DNA of 64,000 nucleotides from Trypanosoma brucei (Eukaryota): NCBI GenBank assembly GCA_000002445.1, contig CP000067.1, positions 1,280,001 to 1,344,000 of the forward strand, read 5' to 3'. Shown piece by piece: positions 52,660 to 64,000 of this stretch (position 1 is its first letter; each line of letters starts with the position of its first letter). The notes under the pieces were generated by a model. It saw only the letters and a program-made list of their open reading frames with translations, ran no database searches and was not told where the DNA came from. The position numbers and the translations under genes were made by a program.

Positions 52660-55290
52660 CTAGGGCAACTGTTGCTGCTCTCGGTTCTGCATTTCATTCA
52701 CGACCACTTGTTGTTGTGAGCCCTCCATTTCTTCTTCTACGTCGAGTGCTTGTCCCTCCGCTCGTCGTTGCTGTCGGCGCCGCAACCAGTCATGAATAAC
52801 TGTTGACAACGACGTCCCGAATGTGGCATAGCCGAGGAACAACACTGCGCCGGTACAGGGCGACGCCTCCCACGACCACACGATGCTGCTCGTGCGGTAG
52901 ATGAACAGCTTCACCAAAAAACCAAGTGCTAACGCTTGCAACACCCCACCCACGAAGATCAACACTATTATGCACGTGTTCCTTCGGGTCCAAAACGGGG
53001 GAAGAGTTTGGAAGGCCATCAAATAAGCCAGCGTCTCTGGATCCGTGTGAAAATTGGCATACACTGCAGAAAACGCAAATGCCGCCAGCATTGTCAACAT
53101 AAATTGCAGGAATACGGTGAGGATAACTCCATCGAACTCAAACATTGTACCATAGGAAACGGCATGCCACGGCGCGCGGCAGGTCATCTCACCAAACGTT
53201 ACGCGCTGACCCGCGGTAACAGCTACAAAGGCGAATACGCTGCTGAGTACCAGCAGAAGACCGGAGCCGACTCCTTTTAAATTCTTCACTACTAGAGCGC
53301 GGCGGCTTATGGGGACGCGAAAGGGCTTTTTGCATATTTCACAGCGGTCTACGTTGCGGATGTTGCGTTTGGTGCTTTCGATGCGCCACTTGTCAAGGCA
53401 AGAGGCATGAATCCACCGAACAGAGCCTATACACTCACACGCAGATATTACTGGCTCCTCGGATTCGTCGTCGCGGCAAATGCGGCAGATGCGCTCCCCT
53501 TCATCCTCCTCATCCCCAACCACTTTCGTCTGCTCGCTACAACTCACTGCGGGTACTGAAGGTGCGGCATTCCTCTGCTCAACCTCAGTTTCTGAATAAA
53601 TGCTATAGTTGTTGTTGTTACTGCAATTACTACCATTGTTCACTGCATTTCGTGATAGAGAGGCGGCGGCGGCTGTGGAGCCTGCATATTCGTCTCTCGC
53701 ATCACCAAACGGCTTGGGCGCCTTCTTCGGACTCGCTATGAGCGGTCGCTTTAAATTACTGCGCGTGTTGTCTTCGTTGTCGTCTAGATCCATGTCAACC
53801 ATGTCCTCCAATATGACGACATCATCCGCTCGTAGTCCCCCCTTCGGTGCATGTGGTGGTATAAATTCCATCCGAACGGCTGTTGTCCCACTCGAGGCCT
53901 CCCTAAACTCTTGCTCGCTGGGATTTCCACGCCCTCCTTCCTCTTCCAGTGGACTTCGACTCCCGAGGTGTTGTGACTGAGGGTACAAATTTGTGTCAAC
54001 ATCACCGTTATTACCATCGTTCATGTCCATACCCGTCGGTGTGAAGGTTGTTTGCTCCATGATGCGCCGATGTTGCTCTTCAAGCTGGCGCTGACGCTGT
54101 TCCTCCTGACGTCGTGCGCGTGTTCCCTGCACTAACTGGTAGAGATATGCGAAGAAGCGTACCAGTGTATTCCGTAATGCCACTGCCGGATAAACCAACC
54201 ACAATACCACATCAATATCCGCAAGGTAATCCTTCAACACATGCGCGTACATAAATGTGATTGGTGCTGTGATTAACAGAATGAAAAGCGGAACACCCAG
54301 GGCGAAGACGTTTTGCATGAGGCGTTCCTTCTCCTTAGGGGTTTGTGTGATATACACCTTCACCTGGCAATCTTTGCCCGCGCGGTAATAACTTCCACTC
54401 ACCCCCAGTTGGGCGTTGAGCAAGACCACGTACGGTTGGGGTTCTGGTTCCGGTTCCACCCGCAGCATAACCATTGGTAGTAACTCACAGAAATTACTGG
54501 TGTCGAGCATCGTGACGATAGCATTCCAGAAAGCCTTCCACCCCCCCTTTTGTTCATGCTCTTCTTCTGTACCGCTTCCATCCCCTGGGTTGCCACCGCC
54601 GTTTCCCTCCTTTCCATTGGTTGCAGCGTGCGCCACGCGCTCGGTGAGTGCCGTCAAGTTCACATCTTTCTTAGCACGTATCTCCACACTAACGAAGTAG
54701 CCTATACAATTGTCTGAAGGAATGTTGGCGTCGTAACGGTGACTCAGCAACTGCGTCACAACTTTGACCTCAGACCGCGTACTGCTCTCGAATTCCAGAT
54801 AGCTCATAGTGTTGGGAGACACATGAACCACATACCCGCCCTGTGGCTGGGACGACCCGTTCATACTCATTTGGCTTCTCACTTCATTGCCTTGAAAGTT
54901 TCCTCTGCCTTCGTTGTTCGTTTTCGCAACGTCTGAAACGGAAGCTGTCTTCACCGTGAGGAGGTCAAGGATCGGGCGGTAATTCCCCGCCTTCTCGTGG
55001 CTGGTTCCGGTTTCACCGGTACCGCCACCTCCTTCATTACGAGCCGCTGCCTTGTGTGTGCTGACGGCGAGAGGTGTCACGTGTGATAACACACCAAAGA
55101 GCCGCTTCCACCCCTTCGGCTTCTGAAACTTCCCTTTTACCGTGTGCTGGTGTTTTCGTTCCTGACCTCCGGCATTGGATAAAAGGGAGACGATTAGAAC
55201 GGAGCATATGCCGAGTAAACACATGGAGCGGTTCGGAATCATCTTTTTTTTCCTTTTTGATGTAACCTCCAACACTTTACGTGTCCTCAA
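52660..55290 (-). CDS. RING-CH (MARCH-type, RINGv) zinc-finger membrane protein, putative E3 ubiquitin ligase
   Basis: The 876 aa ORF contains CRICRDDESEEPVISACECIGSVRWIHASCLDKWRIESTKRNIRNVDRCEICKKPF, a C4HC3 RING-variant. The TM helices C-terminal to it and the N-terminal signal/TM are typical of MARCH ligases. Confidence 0.7.
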   Translation of the reverse strand: MRTRKVLEVTSKRKKKMIPNRSMCLLGICSVLIVSLLSNAGGQERKHQHTVKGKFQKPKGWKRLFGVLSHVTPLAVSTHKAAARNEGGGGTGETGTSHEKAGNYRPILDLLTVKTASVSDVAKTNNEGRGNFQGNEVRSQMSMNGSSQPQGGYVVHVSPNTMSYLEFESSTRSEVKVVTQLLSHRYDANIPSDNCIGYFVSVEIRAKKDVNLTALTERVAHAATNGKEGNGGGNPGDGSGTEEEHEQKGGWKAFWNAIVTMLDTSNFCELLPMVMLRVEPEPEPQPYVVLLNAQLGVSGSYYRAGKDCQVKVYITQTPKEKERLMQNVFALGVPLFILLITAPITFMYAHVLKDYLADIDVVLWLVYPAVALRNTLVRFFAYLYQLVQGTRARRQEEQRQRQLEEQHRRIMEQTTFTPTGMDMNDGNNGDVDTNLYPQSQHLGSRSPLEEEGGRGNPSEQEFREASSGTTAVRMEFIPPHAPKGGLRADDVVILEDMVDMDLDDNEDNTRSNLKRPLIASPKKAPKPFGDARDEYAGSTAAAASLSRNAVNNGSNCSNNNNYSIYSETEVEQRNAAPSVPAVSCSEQTKVVGDEEDEGERICRICRDDESEEPVISACECIGSVRWIHASCLDKWRIESTKRNIRNVDRCEICKKPFRVPISRRALVVKNLKGVGSGLLLVLSSVFAFVAVTAGQRVTFGEMTCRAPWHAVSYGTMFEFDGVILTVFLQFMLTMLAAFAFSAVYANFHTDPETLAYLMAFQTLPPFWTRRNTCIIVLIFVGGVLQALALGFLVKLFIYRTSSIVWSWEASPCTGAVLFLGYATFGTSLSTVIHDWLRRRQQRRAEGQALDVEEEMEGSQQQVVVNEMQNREQQQLP

Positions 55291-55364
55291 TATTGAAAAC
55301 AGTAATAGTAGTTGAACACGTCCTATGACACGCTCTTTTCACCAGTCTTTTTTCACGTTCTCTG

Positions 55365-55392
55365 TTTGTATATATATATATATATATATATG
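55365..55392. repeat. (TA)n microsatellite
   Basis: tatatatatatatatatatatatgtatata, read directly. Confidence 0.9.
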
Positions 55393-57638
55393 TATATACT
55401 TAAGTGTGTATATATATCTATCGTTTTCTGTGTCCTTATTTGTCACCAATTGGGGATGTTTCCTTAGTTTTGCGGGCACTTACCACTAAAGGTAAAATAC
55501 TGCCTAAAAAACAAAACAAAGACGTGTGAGCGTTGATAGTAATAATAACAATAGCTTTTATTAAAATTGTCTTACCCTCCCTATTCCTTTACGATCGCTG
55601 TGTGGTGTACTTGACTGTTACTACTTCCGGTTGGGAGGTGCAAAGGTACTTCAGTCACCTTTTGTTTTAATTCCAATCAGGTTTTCCTGTCCCTTCGGCC
55701 TCACTTATATGAGGAGTAGCGTTAGTGTTGTTATTCTCTTTTTTTCTCCCCTCCACCGAAATACTATTTCCCGCGATAAAAGGTCGTATGAAGAAAATGG
55801 AAGGAGCAAATTAGTAATTCTTGTCTACGCGCAAGAACATGTCGGGACATACAAAGACGCGCGCCCCCACGTAATGAGAAGCACAAAGACATGAACCAGA
55901 TGTAACAACTTGGGAAACCACATAAGAGAATCTGATGTACTCCATGTGCACACACAAAAGCATGTATACGTAAACAAACAAACAAACAAACAAAATATAC
56001 GTGTTTGTGCCTGAGGAAACGAACGTATAGATAAACAGAATCGTAAGTTGATCATGCTGAAACACACAGCTAGACTTGCTTCATTCACCGATAGGGTATT
56101 ACGTGGGGTATGGTTTGAAAAATTGCTTTCGTCCGTGCAAACGCAATCCACAAACTTGTGCAGCTTCAGATCGTTGCGGTTCAGTAGAAGTCTCATCGCG
56201 TAACGCACCTCGGCGTTGACCGATGGACACCCTGAAAGTTGTGTGAAGGAGTTACGGTTCACGTTGATGCCTCTCCACAAAAGGACCTAAATACCCACCA
56301 CCCCTTACTTTGTATTTTCGCAATTAGTTATAATAAGCACATGACATTAAATAAAACAAGAGTCCGTTCTGCAGGTTGGGGTGGTAATATACGAGCCAAA
56401 TGCCATCAAGTTCAACATCTGCAGCGCCGCATGAACACACTCCTCGCACACTGCTACACTGTTACATTTCGGCGTATATCCTCAATCGTGAATTTCTCAG
56501 TAGCTGCAGGGGCAGCGGTGGGGTCTTGGCGATTGTTTACACACACACACACACACAACTCATTTGCAAGCATTTGAAGCGCTTTCTGTACTTCGCTATC
56601 ATTCATTTATGAAAGGCGCCCCCAGCAACACTAAAAGTGGCCATTACCGTGTCCGTGCAGTTTCGGCATCAACAATAAGAAAAGGGAGTCGACACCGAAC
56701 AATTATTAGTTCAAAACTCAGTGACATCTTTATTTATATGCATCGGTATGGTTATTACCTCCCCCCACCTCTCAGCCACTTTCGCTCCAAACGTTGGACT
56801 CGGGAACTGGCGCACTTCGAATATTGACTCATTTGTTGCTGTGGTCCGCTTTCCACCTTTCCCATTCTCTTCCTTAGTCTCGCACTTCGAGAACTAATAC
56901 GAATCAGGAAAATGTCGCGAGTGGATAGATGTATTGCAGGTATAAACATGTAGTGTTATTCAAGAGGCGAGGCGGTAGCACTGAAACAATGTAGTAAAAT
57001 TTTAAGAAAATTAGGATCTGATGTTCGAGCCCCCACAGGTGTCATTTAGTAAGATTAAGTAATGTGACCAGTTAAATTGGTCCCTTATGCAAATGATGAA
57101 GGTTGCGACTAGGAGAGCGCGTGCAACCCCTCTCAAGCATGTGAGTTACTCCCCCAAGGACCCACGAAAGGAAAAAAAACAAGTTAACTCGGCCGCATGT
57201 CTCCCGTTTCGTTCGATGCTACGTGTGACAACAGAGTAAGAAGACGGCCAAAGCCCAGGAAAGCATCCCACTAAGAAATAGAAGAAAAAGAACCTTATAG
57301 CAGTAGACAGCGTACGAAGTCGGTGCTGTGAAGCGTTAATACTCGAACATGTTTGCGTTAGGAGACTAGAGGAGAGGAATGATAAAGAAAGAATAGTATA
57401 AACTCGGGGTGTCTGTAGAACACCATGAACATAAAAGATTTCTCCACGAAAAAATATACTCGCAGACCGTTGAAAACCCCACTCCTTAAGCTTACTGGCC
57501 CCTTGTAATCCCAAGAATGAGGAAAGACGTGGCTCAGGGACGACTGATAAACGATGATCCTGGAGAGGGTTATTTGGGTAAGGGCGGGTTCTTCACTTGC
57601 TTTCCACATCGGACAAGAAGTTACAGCACGGCACCGCA

Positions 57639-59396
57639 CTAACGAAAGACAAACTTGTCAGGTCTTCCCCTGATCCAACAGTACACCGGGTAGACGAGCA
57701 CCATGAGCATACAGGCACCCATTACGCCCACCATGGCCCAAAATTGTGTGGTGGAATCACCTGCTCGCCATGGGACGTGAAATTCAAGTGCCCATTGGGA
57801 AGCTACAATGGTTGGTGGAATAGATATCAAAGCGACGTAACCCAATGTGACGTTTAAAGTATCCGACTTGTTGCTGTTGCAGTTGTTCGTGGCGGATGCT
57901 CCTGACGAATAGATGATGATGGAGTTGGTGAGAACCCTGCGGGCATTGTCCAACTTGAAGAGTGTGGGTAAGATGTGGCGAGCGATGTCCACGTAACTAC
58001 TGGCATACCGCACTACTGTATCGAGTTTAGATGTCGTGCTTGTGTTCATGAATGACAAAAGCACGCGCACAGTGGGCCGGTTTAGAAGCTCCAGAACGGT
58101 TACTTTGCTCATCAGAATCCGGCGGTGTACTGAAAGATTCCGACGCAGAAGCTGAACGCGCCGCAATACGTCCGCCTGGTCCGACGGCCGCTGACGCACA
58201 AGTGGCAACATCGATTCAATCTCGTCCACCTCGTTATTAACAACCGTTATATCGGGAAGGAACGCCATGTACAGTTCGTCCAGCATGGTTAACGCAAACA
58301 AAGATGTGGAGAGCAAATTTTGCGGTTTAATGTCTTCACCACCGCTGGCATCCTGCAGGCGGCGAATAAGGCGATGCGAAATATACTCCCATCCCTCTAT
58401 TGCAGGTTGCGGCCTCCATGTAACAACTCCATTACGGAAACACAATGCCTGCACGGATGTTAGTGCACCTGATTCACATGCGTCAAACAGGTTTGCTCGC
58501 AAATTTCTGGGTTGTTGTTGTTGATGTTTGCCAGGTCCTTCCACCTTCCCACCGATTTCTCCATTTCCCGCTGAGCGCAAGCAACACGGCATTGCACTCT
58601 GGGCCTGTAGAACAGTGATGCGGAGTTGTACATACTGCTCCTCCACAAACGCCCGCAGGCAATCCAGCTCAGTTGCATTGTCATAATAACTGTCAGCATC
58701 CTCCTGCGCTAACTCATTGGTTGCTCCATCAACGCCATTGCTCGGCGGGCAATCACCTGAATCATTTCTAATAGAGGCGGCAGCCAAAGCTCGCCACCTC
58801 CACTCTGTGTAGGGATTCACATTAACGAATTCGAAGAGAGCACTTAAGTCCTCCGGTTGCGGCACACCACTGGTGTCTATCCAAAAGAACGCGAGTGGCG
58901 GGTCAGATACCGCCGCTTCGTGTAGCAATCCGGTTAACGAGCCCATCCCCGTCAAATCCCTCCGCTCATAGATAATTCCGTCTGTGGATTGGGTTATCAG
59001 ATGAAATCGCGGTGGCATCACCCCTGTGCAGCGTGGATGTGACGGCTCCCCAACACCGCCGGTGCATGTACATGATCCTTGTGGTACATTGCAAAGGCTG
59101 TCATCCTCCGATATGTAGAGTTTGTACGTGCCTTGCTTCAACTGATTGATACCTTCGCTGTGTCCAAACGTTGTTCCACGATCGCCCAGCTCCACATCGC
59201 CCTCACACAGTTGGTGGCCCATATGGGTTCCAACTCTCCAGTACCTGCGCACTTGCAACTTTGAGTATGATGTGTGTAATCTTCTGCTATACATGCATAA
59301 AAAGGGCAATGATAGAGAGAGAGAGAGGTGATCTCCCCCACAGTTTGGTTTGGTGGAGGAAAAACAATAGCATCGTTGCAAGCACACGCAACACAC
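57639..59396 (-). CDS. CorA/Mrs2-like membrane protein, divergent, lacking the GMN motif. The true N-terminus probably starts at an internal Met
   Basis: The 585 aa ORF has a long helical/coiled-coil region (EVDEIESMLPLVRQRPSDQADVLRRVQLLRRNLSVHRRILMSKVTVLELL). The C-terminal ...GYVALISIPPTIVASQWALEF... is followed by one further TM helix, mirroring the CorA ...IFLPLTFITGIYGMNF... plus TM2 layout with GMN replaced by ALE. The first ~60 codons (MCCVCLQRCYCFSS...) look like upstream read-through. Confidence 0.3.
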   Translation of the reverse strand: MCCVCLQRCYCFSSTKPNCGGDHLSLSLSLPFLCMYSRRLHTSYSKLQVRRYWRVGTHMGHQLCEGDVELGDRGTTFGHSEGINQLKQGTYKLYISEDDSLCNVPQGSCTCTGGVGEPSHPRCTGVMPPRFHLITQSTDGIIYERRDLTGMGSLTGLLHEAAVSDPPLAFFWIDTSGVPQPEDLSALFEFVNVNPYTEWRWRALAAASIRNDSGDCPPSNGVDGATNELAQEDADSYYDNATELDCLRAFVEEQYVQLRITVLQAQSAMPCCLRSAGNGEIGGKVEGPGKHQQQQPRNLRANLFDACESGALTSVQALCFRNGVVTWRPQPAIEGWEYISHRLIRRLQDASGGEDIKPQNLLSTSLFALTMLDELYMAFLPDITVVNNEVDEIESMLPLVRQRPSDQADVLRRVQLLRRNLSVHRRILMSKVTVLELLNRPTVRVLLSFMNTSTTSKLDTVVRYASSYVDIARHILPTLFKLDNARRVLTNSIIIYSSGASATNNCNSNKSDTLNVTLGYVALISIPPTIVASQWALEFHVPWRAGDSTTQFWAMVGVMGACMLMVLVYPVYCWIRGRPDKFVFR

Positions 59397-61283
59397 TAAG
59401 ACAACATCTGTCGACGGCGGGGGAGCAATGAAGTATGAGGCAATGGTGAGAAAAGAGGTTAGAGGAAAATGTTCCCAACCTCATATTGGTTGCGGCCGCG
59501 GAGGTTGCCAAAACATAATTACGAAACAAAAAGGGATTAATAACAAAAATAATAAAAAGCGAAGGAAACAGGTACAGCGTATCATAATAACAATAACAAT
59601 AATAATAATAGGGAAAACCGGTTAAGGGTACAAGGAGAAACTCCGTCAAGGCGGAGAAGGGGCAAACAGAAAGACAAAGAGAGAAGATATGGTGATAAAC
59701 AAAAAGAACAGCGAAAAGAATTATGAAATTACGAATGCGAGCCGTCATGTATGAAAGGGATGCTGCGGCAAATACAGATTGGGCAGAATGGAGAATGATA
59801 GAGTGCGTAATCGCACACCCTTTTCTTTTCCGCTCAATCCCTCTCCCTCTCTCTCTTCCCCCCACCTTTACGTTATGTCCGTCTTACTTTTATTCCACCC
59901 CTCGTGTCTCGCACGAGAGTTTTTTTTAAAAAAAAAAATCAGGGTCACACAGTGCACGCCCATCTACACGGTATCGATCCACAACTGATAGATACAATCG
60001 TAATATCAACTGTAATGGTGGTACCCGCACACATATTTTAAGGGTGAAGTTGATCATTTCCTCTATTTACGACTGATTAACCACATACTTGTTTACTCAT
60101 TTCTGTATATGGGAATAATGCCCCCCCCCCTCCAATGCAAGCAGCTGTTGCTTCTATTTTCTTTTTTTTTTCGGTACAGTGAAGAAGCAAAAAAATGAAC
60201 TGTAGTAATAATTTTATTCTTATTAAAGCAACGGCAACAAAACCAACGGTGTCGTTCAGGTTTGTGTGCATCGTAGCAAACCACTGATAGCACATTTATT
60301 TCGTTTTTTTTCTTTAGTTCGTGCACGTGACTCCTACTGTCTCATTTCGTTTTTTCTCATTTCTCACAATTTCCTTTCTTTTCCCCCCTTAAAAACAATA
60401 CAACGTAATTTTCTCGTGTAAAAATCCAGTACAGAACATCAAGTCGTAGTGGTCTGTCACAAACTCGATTTACACAGAAACCCAGAGGTTAGCCTGGCTT
60501 GAAGTGGACGGGAGGGGAAAGAAATATATATATATATATATATATATACGAAATACAAAATTAAATGCATACGGATATTTTTTAATATTTAGGTATTTCA
60601 ATATATTTATTTTTAATCAGGGAGAAAGGGAGTTTGCGCACATATATATATATACATATATATATTACTTATAGGTGCATTAGCAAAACTAAGCAAGAAG
60701 GAAAAGGAAAAAAATAATAACAGAAACAAGTGTTTTCACGGAACAGCGAACCGTAAAAAAGATCTCTTCGAAAACAATGGCAATAACGATATTAACGAAA
60801 CCGCGGGTCTGGCGGAGGCGTACTCAACTTTTCAGTTCCTTCCGCCATTTCTTTTTTTTTTTACTTCTAACTTTCTGGATTGTATCTCTACGCATAAAGT
60901 TTCGCAGCATTTACAAACCCACCGAAAGACCTCTCTTGCATATAATTATAGGTAACGGCATCACGTCACTGATAAAACGTAACCAAGCCACAAATCAAAA
61001 CAAAACACAGAAGGCGGGAAACAAACACAACAAATACAAAACAGTAAAATAAGAATAGCAGTGGTGGTGACAATAACGGTGAGATAAGCGGAGAAATGGT
61101 AAGCGCCAATAAAAGATTACAGACAGAAAAAAAAAAGGACTCTTCAAGTAACCGAGTATCCCAACGTGTGCGGACTCCTCTTTCCCCTTCTGGTTCTTTG
61201 ATGATGTGAAGGACCTTTTTTTTTCTCCCCTTCCTTTACACCATCCAATGCACAAAAAGTAATAATAATAATTATTATTATTT

Positions 61284-62870
61284 TTATACCCCGTAGCAGA
61301 AACCGCGGACGGGAGACAATCGAGTCGACAGCTTTCCGCTTGCACGCGTTTCACCCCTCCCGGTTATTTCATCCGATAAAACGGGAGGCCGGACTTTATC
61401 CGGTTTCGCCTGAATGGGCGCCTTCGGGTCCGTCAAGTAACTCTCCATGTAGCAGTACTCCCGTGGCATTGGATGGTCAGATATTGCATTATCATACCTT
61501 TCATCAACTTGTGGGTCTTCTTGCTTGTATAAAAGGTGTTGAAAGTTTTGTCCACCGAGTAGTGAGTTCCTCGACTCCGCTAAAAATGGAGAAACGCTCA
61601 TTTTGCAGCCTTCGTTATCATCCCTCCAATTTGCGTTCGTGTGAGGAGGAGCAGAGGGCGAGGTCGGCTCAATGTGAAGACAAACACCGCGGAATGTGCT
61701 GGAGTTGCTCCGCCACATTCCGGATGGCGCAAAGTTATAATCAGTGTTGCAAAAGTGAGTGTGCCCGGATTCCCCCGCAACCACATTTCTATACTGCGAA
61801 ATGGTAGCTGTTGACGCTGTCGTCCAACCCCCTGTGGAGCTGGTGTTTACGGACGTCCGGTTGGATTGTGACATATCACTGTTGCAACGCCTCTCGAGAG
61901 ATGCGGCAGCTCTATCAACACTACCGCATGTTGCTGGTGTGTAGATGCCGCTGTTGTCTAGGTCGATGGCGTAGAGATTCAATGCTCCAGTTGAGTTGAA
62001 TTCATTACTCAAATAATGCACACCCTCATTTCTCGGTGAACACCCACTGGTGGTTTGTATGCCGCGAGTCTCAAGTTGTCGGCTCTCGCCACCGTTTACC
62101 GTTTGCTGGGTTTCTACATAACTTCCACCACCACTTTCCCCAAGTATGTAATAATCTGCAGTGCTTTTGTCGCCGTTGGAGGAGTTGTCAAGGCACTGCA
62201 CCTGTTGCTGACCGGAGCGCAAGTTGCGTGCGCCTTGAGAGTGTGAAGCTACGGCACCGAGGGAACGGACGTTAAAAGCCGAGGACATGGTGAACAACCC
62301 GGTCTTGGCCTCCTCCGAGAAGTACTTCACGTAGTCGACATCATCAACTAACTGGCACTGCTTGGGCATTACGGGGCTCTCTCTGCCTTCAGGATTTAAA
62401 CCAGGGAGTCGGCGGGGTTCGCGTGCGCCGTAGCGGTTGCGGGCAACTTGTTGCTGGTGTCTCGGCTGCTCGGCGCGAAGCAATTCCTGCTGCTGTAGCT
62501 GCCCTTCATACAGCCTCTGCTGCAAAAGTGCTTTTTGCCAGCCTGCGTTGGGGTGCCAAACTGCAGTTGTTGGTTGCATGGTTGCATAGGTGGCTACATG
62601 TCGGGCTGGGTAGCCGTGCTCAGTTGGATTAACGCTTTGAAAGCCCCGTGTGATGACCCCCTGAGGTTCCTCACTGTCACTACTTTCACTACTCAAATCG
62701 GGTGAATCATACATGGGGACACCTTCGAGAACAAAATCACAACCCCGACGCGCCCGCCACTGGCCTCGCTGTCTTTGGGTGACTTGCGCCATCTCCTCCT
62801 TCTTCCTTTTTGTGAGCTTTTCACCGACTCCAGACGCTCTTGTTGCTGGTGCGTAAGCGGTGGTGTGCAA
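61284..62870 (-). CDS. Hypothetical low-complexity (Gln/Ser-rich) protein
   Basis: The 528 aa uninterrupted ORF is on the same strand as the neighbouring genes. It has Q-rich tracts (LLQQRLYEGQLQQQELLRAEQPRHQQQ) and no recognisable domain. Confidence 0.4.
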   Translation of the reverse strand: MHTTAYAPATRASGVGEKLTKRKKEEMAQVTQRQRGQWRARRGCDFVLEGVPMYDSPDLSSESSDSEEPQGVITRGFQSVNPTEHGYPARHVATYATMQPTTAVWHPNAGWQKALLQQRLYEGQLQQQELLRAEQPRHQQQVARNRYGAREPRRLPGLNPEGRESPVMPKQCQLVDDVDYVKYFSEEAKTGLFTMSSAFNVRSLGAVASHSQGARNLRSGQQQVQCLDNSSNGDKSTADYYILGESGGGSYVETQQTVNGGESRQLETRGIQTTSGCSPRNEGVHYLSNEFNSTGALNLYAIDLDNSGIYTPATCGSVDRAAASLERRCNSDMSQSNRTSVNTSSTGGWTTASTATISQYRNVVAGESGHTHFCNTDYNFAPSGMWRSNSSTFRGVCLHIEPTSPSAPPHTNANWRDDNEGCKMSVSPFLAESRNSLLGGQNFQHLLYKQEDPQVDERYDNAISDHPMPREYCYMESYLTDPKAPIQAKPDKVRPPVLSDEITGRGETRASGKLSTRLSPVRGFCYGV

Positions 62871-64000
62871 TTTTACCGTTCGTGTATAATGAAAAAAAGC
62901 GGTACCGGAAAGACGACAGCCAACAGACTACGCTGTAAAGAGGGAAAAAAAGAACTAGTGGGGAGGGACAGGAAAAGTGGATGTGCATGTAAAATTTGAG
63001 TTGCCACTCGAGCACATTGCTGAACTGCTTGGATGGGGAAAGAGAGAGGGAGTTAAAATATACCATTGTGGAAGTGACGCAGATTAAGTAAAACAAATGA
63101 GCCTTATGCTCTTACACCTTCTCTGCGCTACACAGGGTCACGAATCGACCGGCCCGCCGGTTTGTAGTTTAGCGGGTCGATTGCAATTCGTGGGATCCGG
63201 CACAGTCCATCGACTTCTCATAGATTCGCACTCATCAGAATGGATCCCAACCAAGTAGCTACGACAACTTTAGTGCACGAGCCGAGTTCTCAAGACTGTT
63301 AGAACTCCTGCCCGCAGCTCATTTCGGCTTCAAGCCATTTGACACTACATCTGAAAGCAAAAGAAAAAATGTAAGTGCAAAGTACGTCGCATATCCGTCA
63401 TCGTTTTCATTATTCCGCTGTTGCTGCTGCCAGGGGGGGGGGAGAGGAGGGCTCTTAACCCCAGAAACCCCAATGAGACACCTAAAAGTTTATGCTCATT
63501 TCATCGAACACAATTGTAACCGTTGCTCATTACACTCAATGCGTTGCCGAGCCGCACTGAATATCTCTGCCCGCTCAATGATACACGATTTCCCTTCTAG
63601 TGACTCTTCCGTTACTATTTGATGGCACTCAGATCTGCGTGTAAATGATCAAAAGAGTAGAGAAGTGAGTTAAGAAGTAACAGGAGTTAACGATGTGAAA
63701 CTGCAAGAAGGACCAACGTGCACAAAAATACATGAGCGCGTGTGTGTACCGCAACCACGTGTGCGTTAAAAAAGCTATATTTGTTTGAACGACCATGGAA
63801 CCTCTCCTCCTTCGACGATCCTTGTGTGCGGACGAGAAAATGCAGCATCACAACTCATATCCGGTTGGATTAAATCTTCCCCATTAAGGCACGACTCACC
63901 ACCCTGCCTGGGTACTCCGCCCCGCTTCAACACCTCTTCGTTCTCTTTGTTAACGCTTGCTTTTGTTAGCACGAACGTACTTGTGCTTACAGCTCAGCCT

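Noticed and set aside
55825-56280. A 151-aa minus-strand ORF between the RING-CH gene and the CorA-like gene.
   Set aside because: The first half is mildly protein-like, but the rest is Cys/Phe-rich read-through of low-complexity DNA. There is no homolog in memory, so I have too little to call it a gene.

Overview
This window looks like a trypanosomatid nuclear chromosome segment, most consistent with the Trypanosoma brucei group. The basis is an ingi/RIME-type retroposon 5' end, tRNA genes without encoded CCA, an amino-acid-transporter tandem array, and a dense same-strand gene arrangement with no Shine-Dalgarno/operon features. Essentially every credible protein-coding gene lies on the minus strand, which suggests one polycistronic transcription unit read from high to low coordinates.

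Recognisable genes, from high to low coordinate:
- a low-complexity Q-rich protein
- a divergent CorA-like membrane protein
- a RING-CH (MARCH-type) membrane E3 ligase
- six amino-acid transporters of two alternating types in a 3 x ~3.99 kb tandem array that shows mosaic gene conversion
- three small single-pass membrane proteins sharing a C-terminal motif, two of them also sharing a near-identical ~280 bp upstream block
- a polytopic hypothetical protein
- a cullin
- a hypothetical protein
- a TLC/Lag1 ceramide-synthase-like protein
- a seventh, divergent amino-acid transporter
- a PPR-like protein
- an importin-beta/transportin-like karyopherin
- a paralogous pair of Cys-rich/coiled-coil proteins
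- GINS Psf2
- a MYND zinc-finger protein
- a YjjX-type ITPase/XTPase
- a partial diphthine synthase (Dph5) running off the window at position 1

An ~8.6 kb gene-poor stretch (approx. 970-9620) interrupts the coding array. It contains a retroposon remnant whose 5' end carries the ingi/RIME signature and a 2A-like DVEENPGP motif. It also holds a Pol III island: one canonical tRNA-Val(CAC), one aberrant tRNA-like gene, and, divergently on the plus strand, a candidate 7SL/SRP RNA gene. The remaining plus-strand ORFs in the track are antisense or low-complexity artefacts.

No prokaryotic-style defence or operon system is present.
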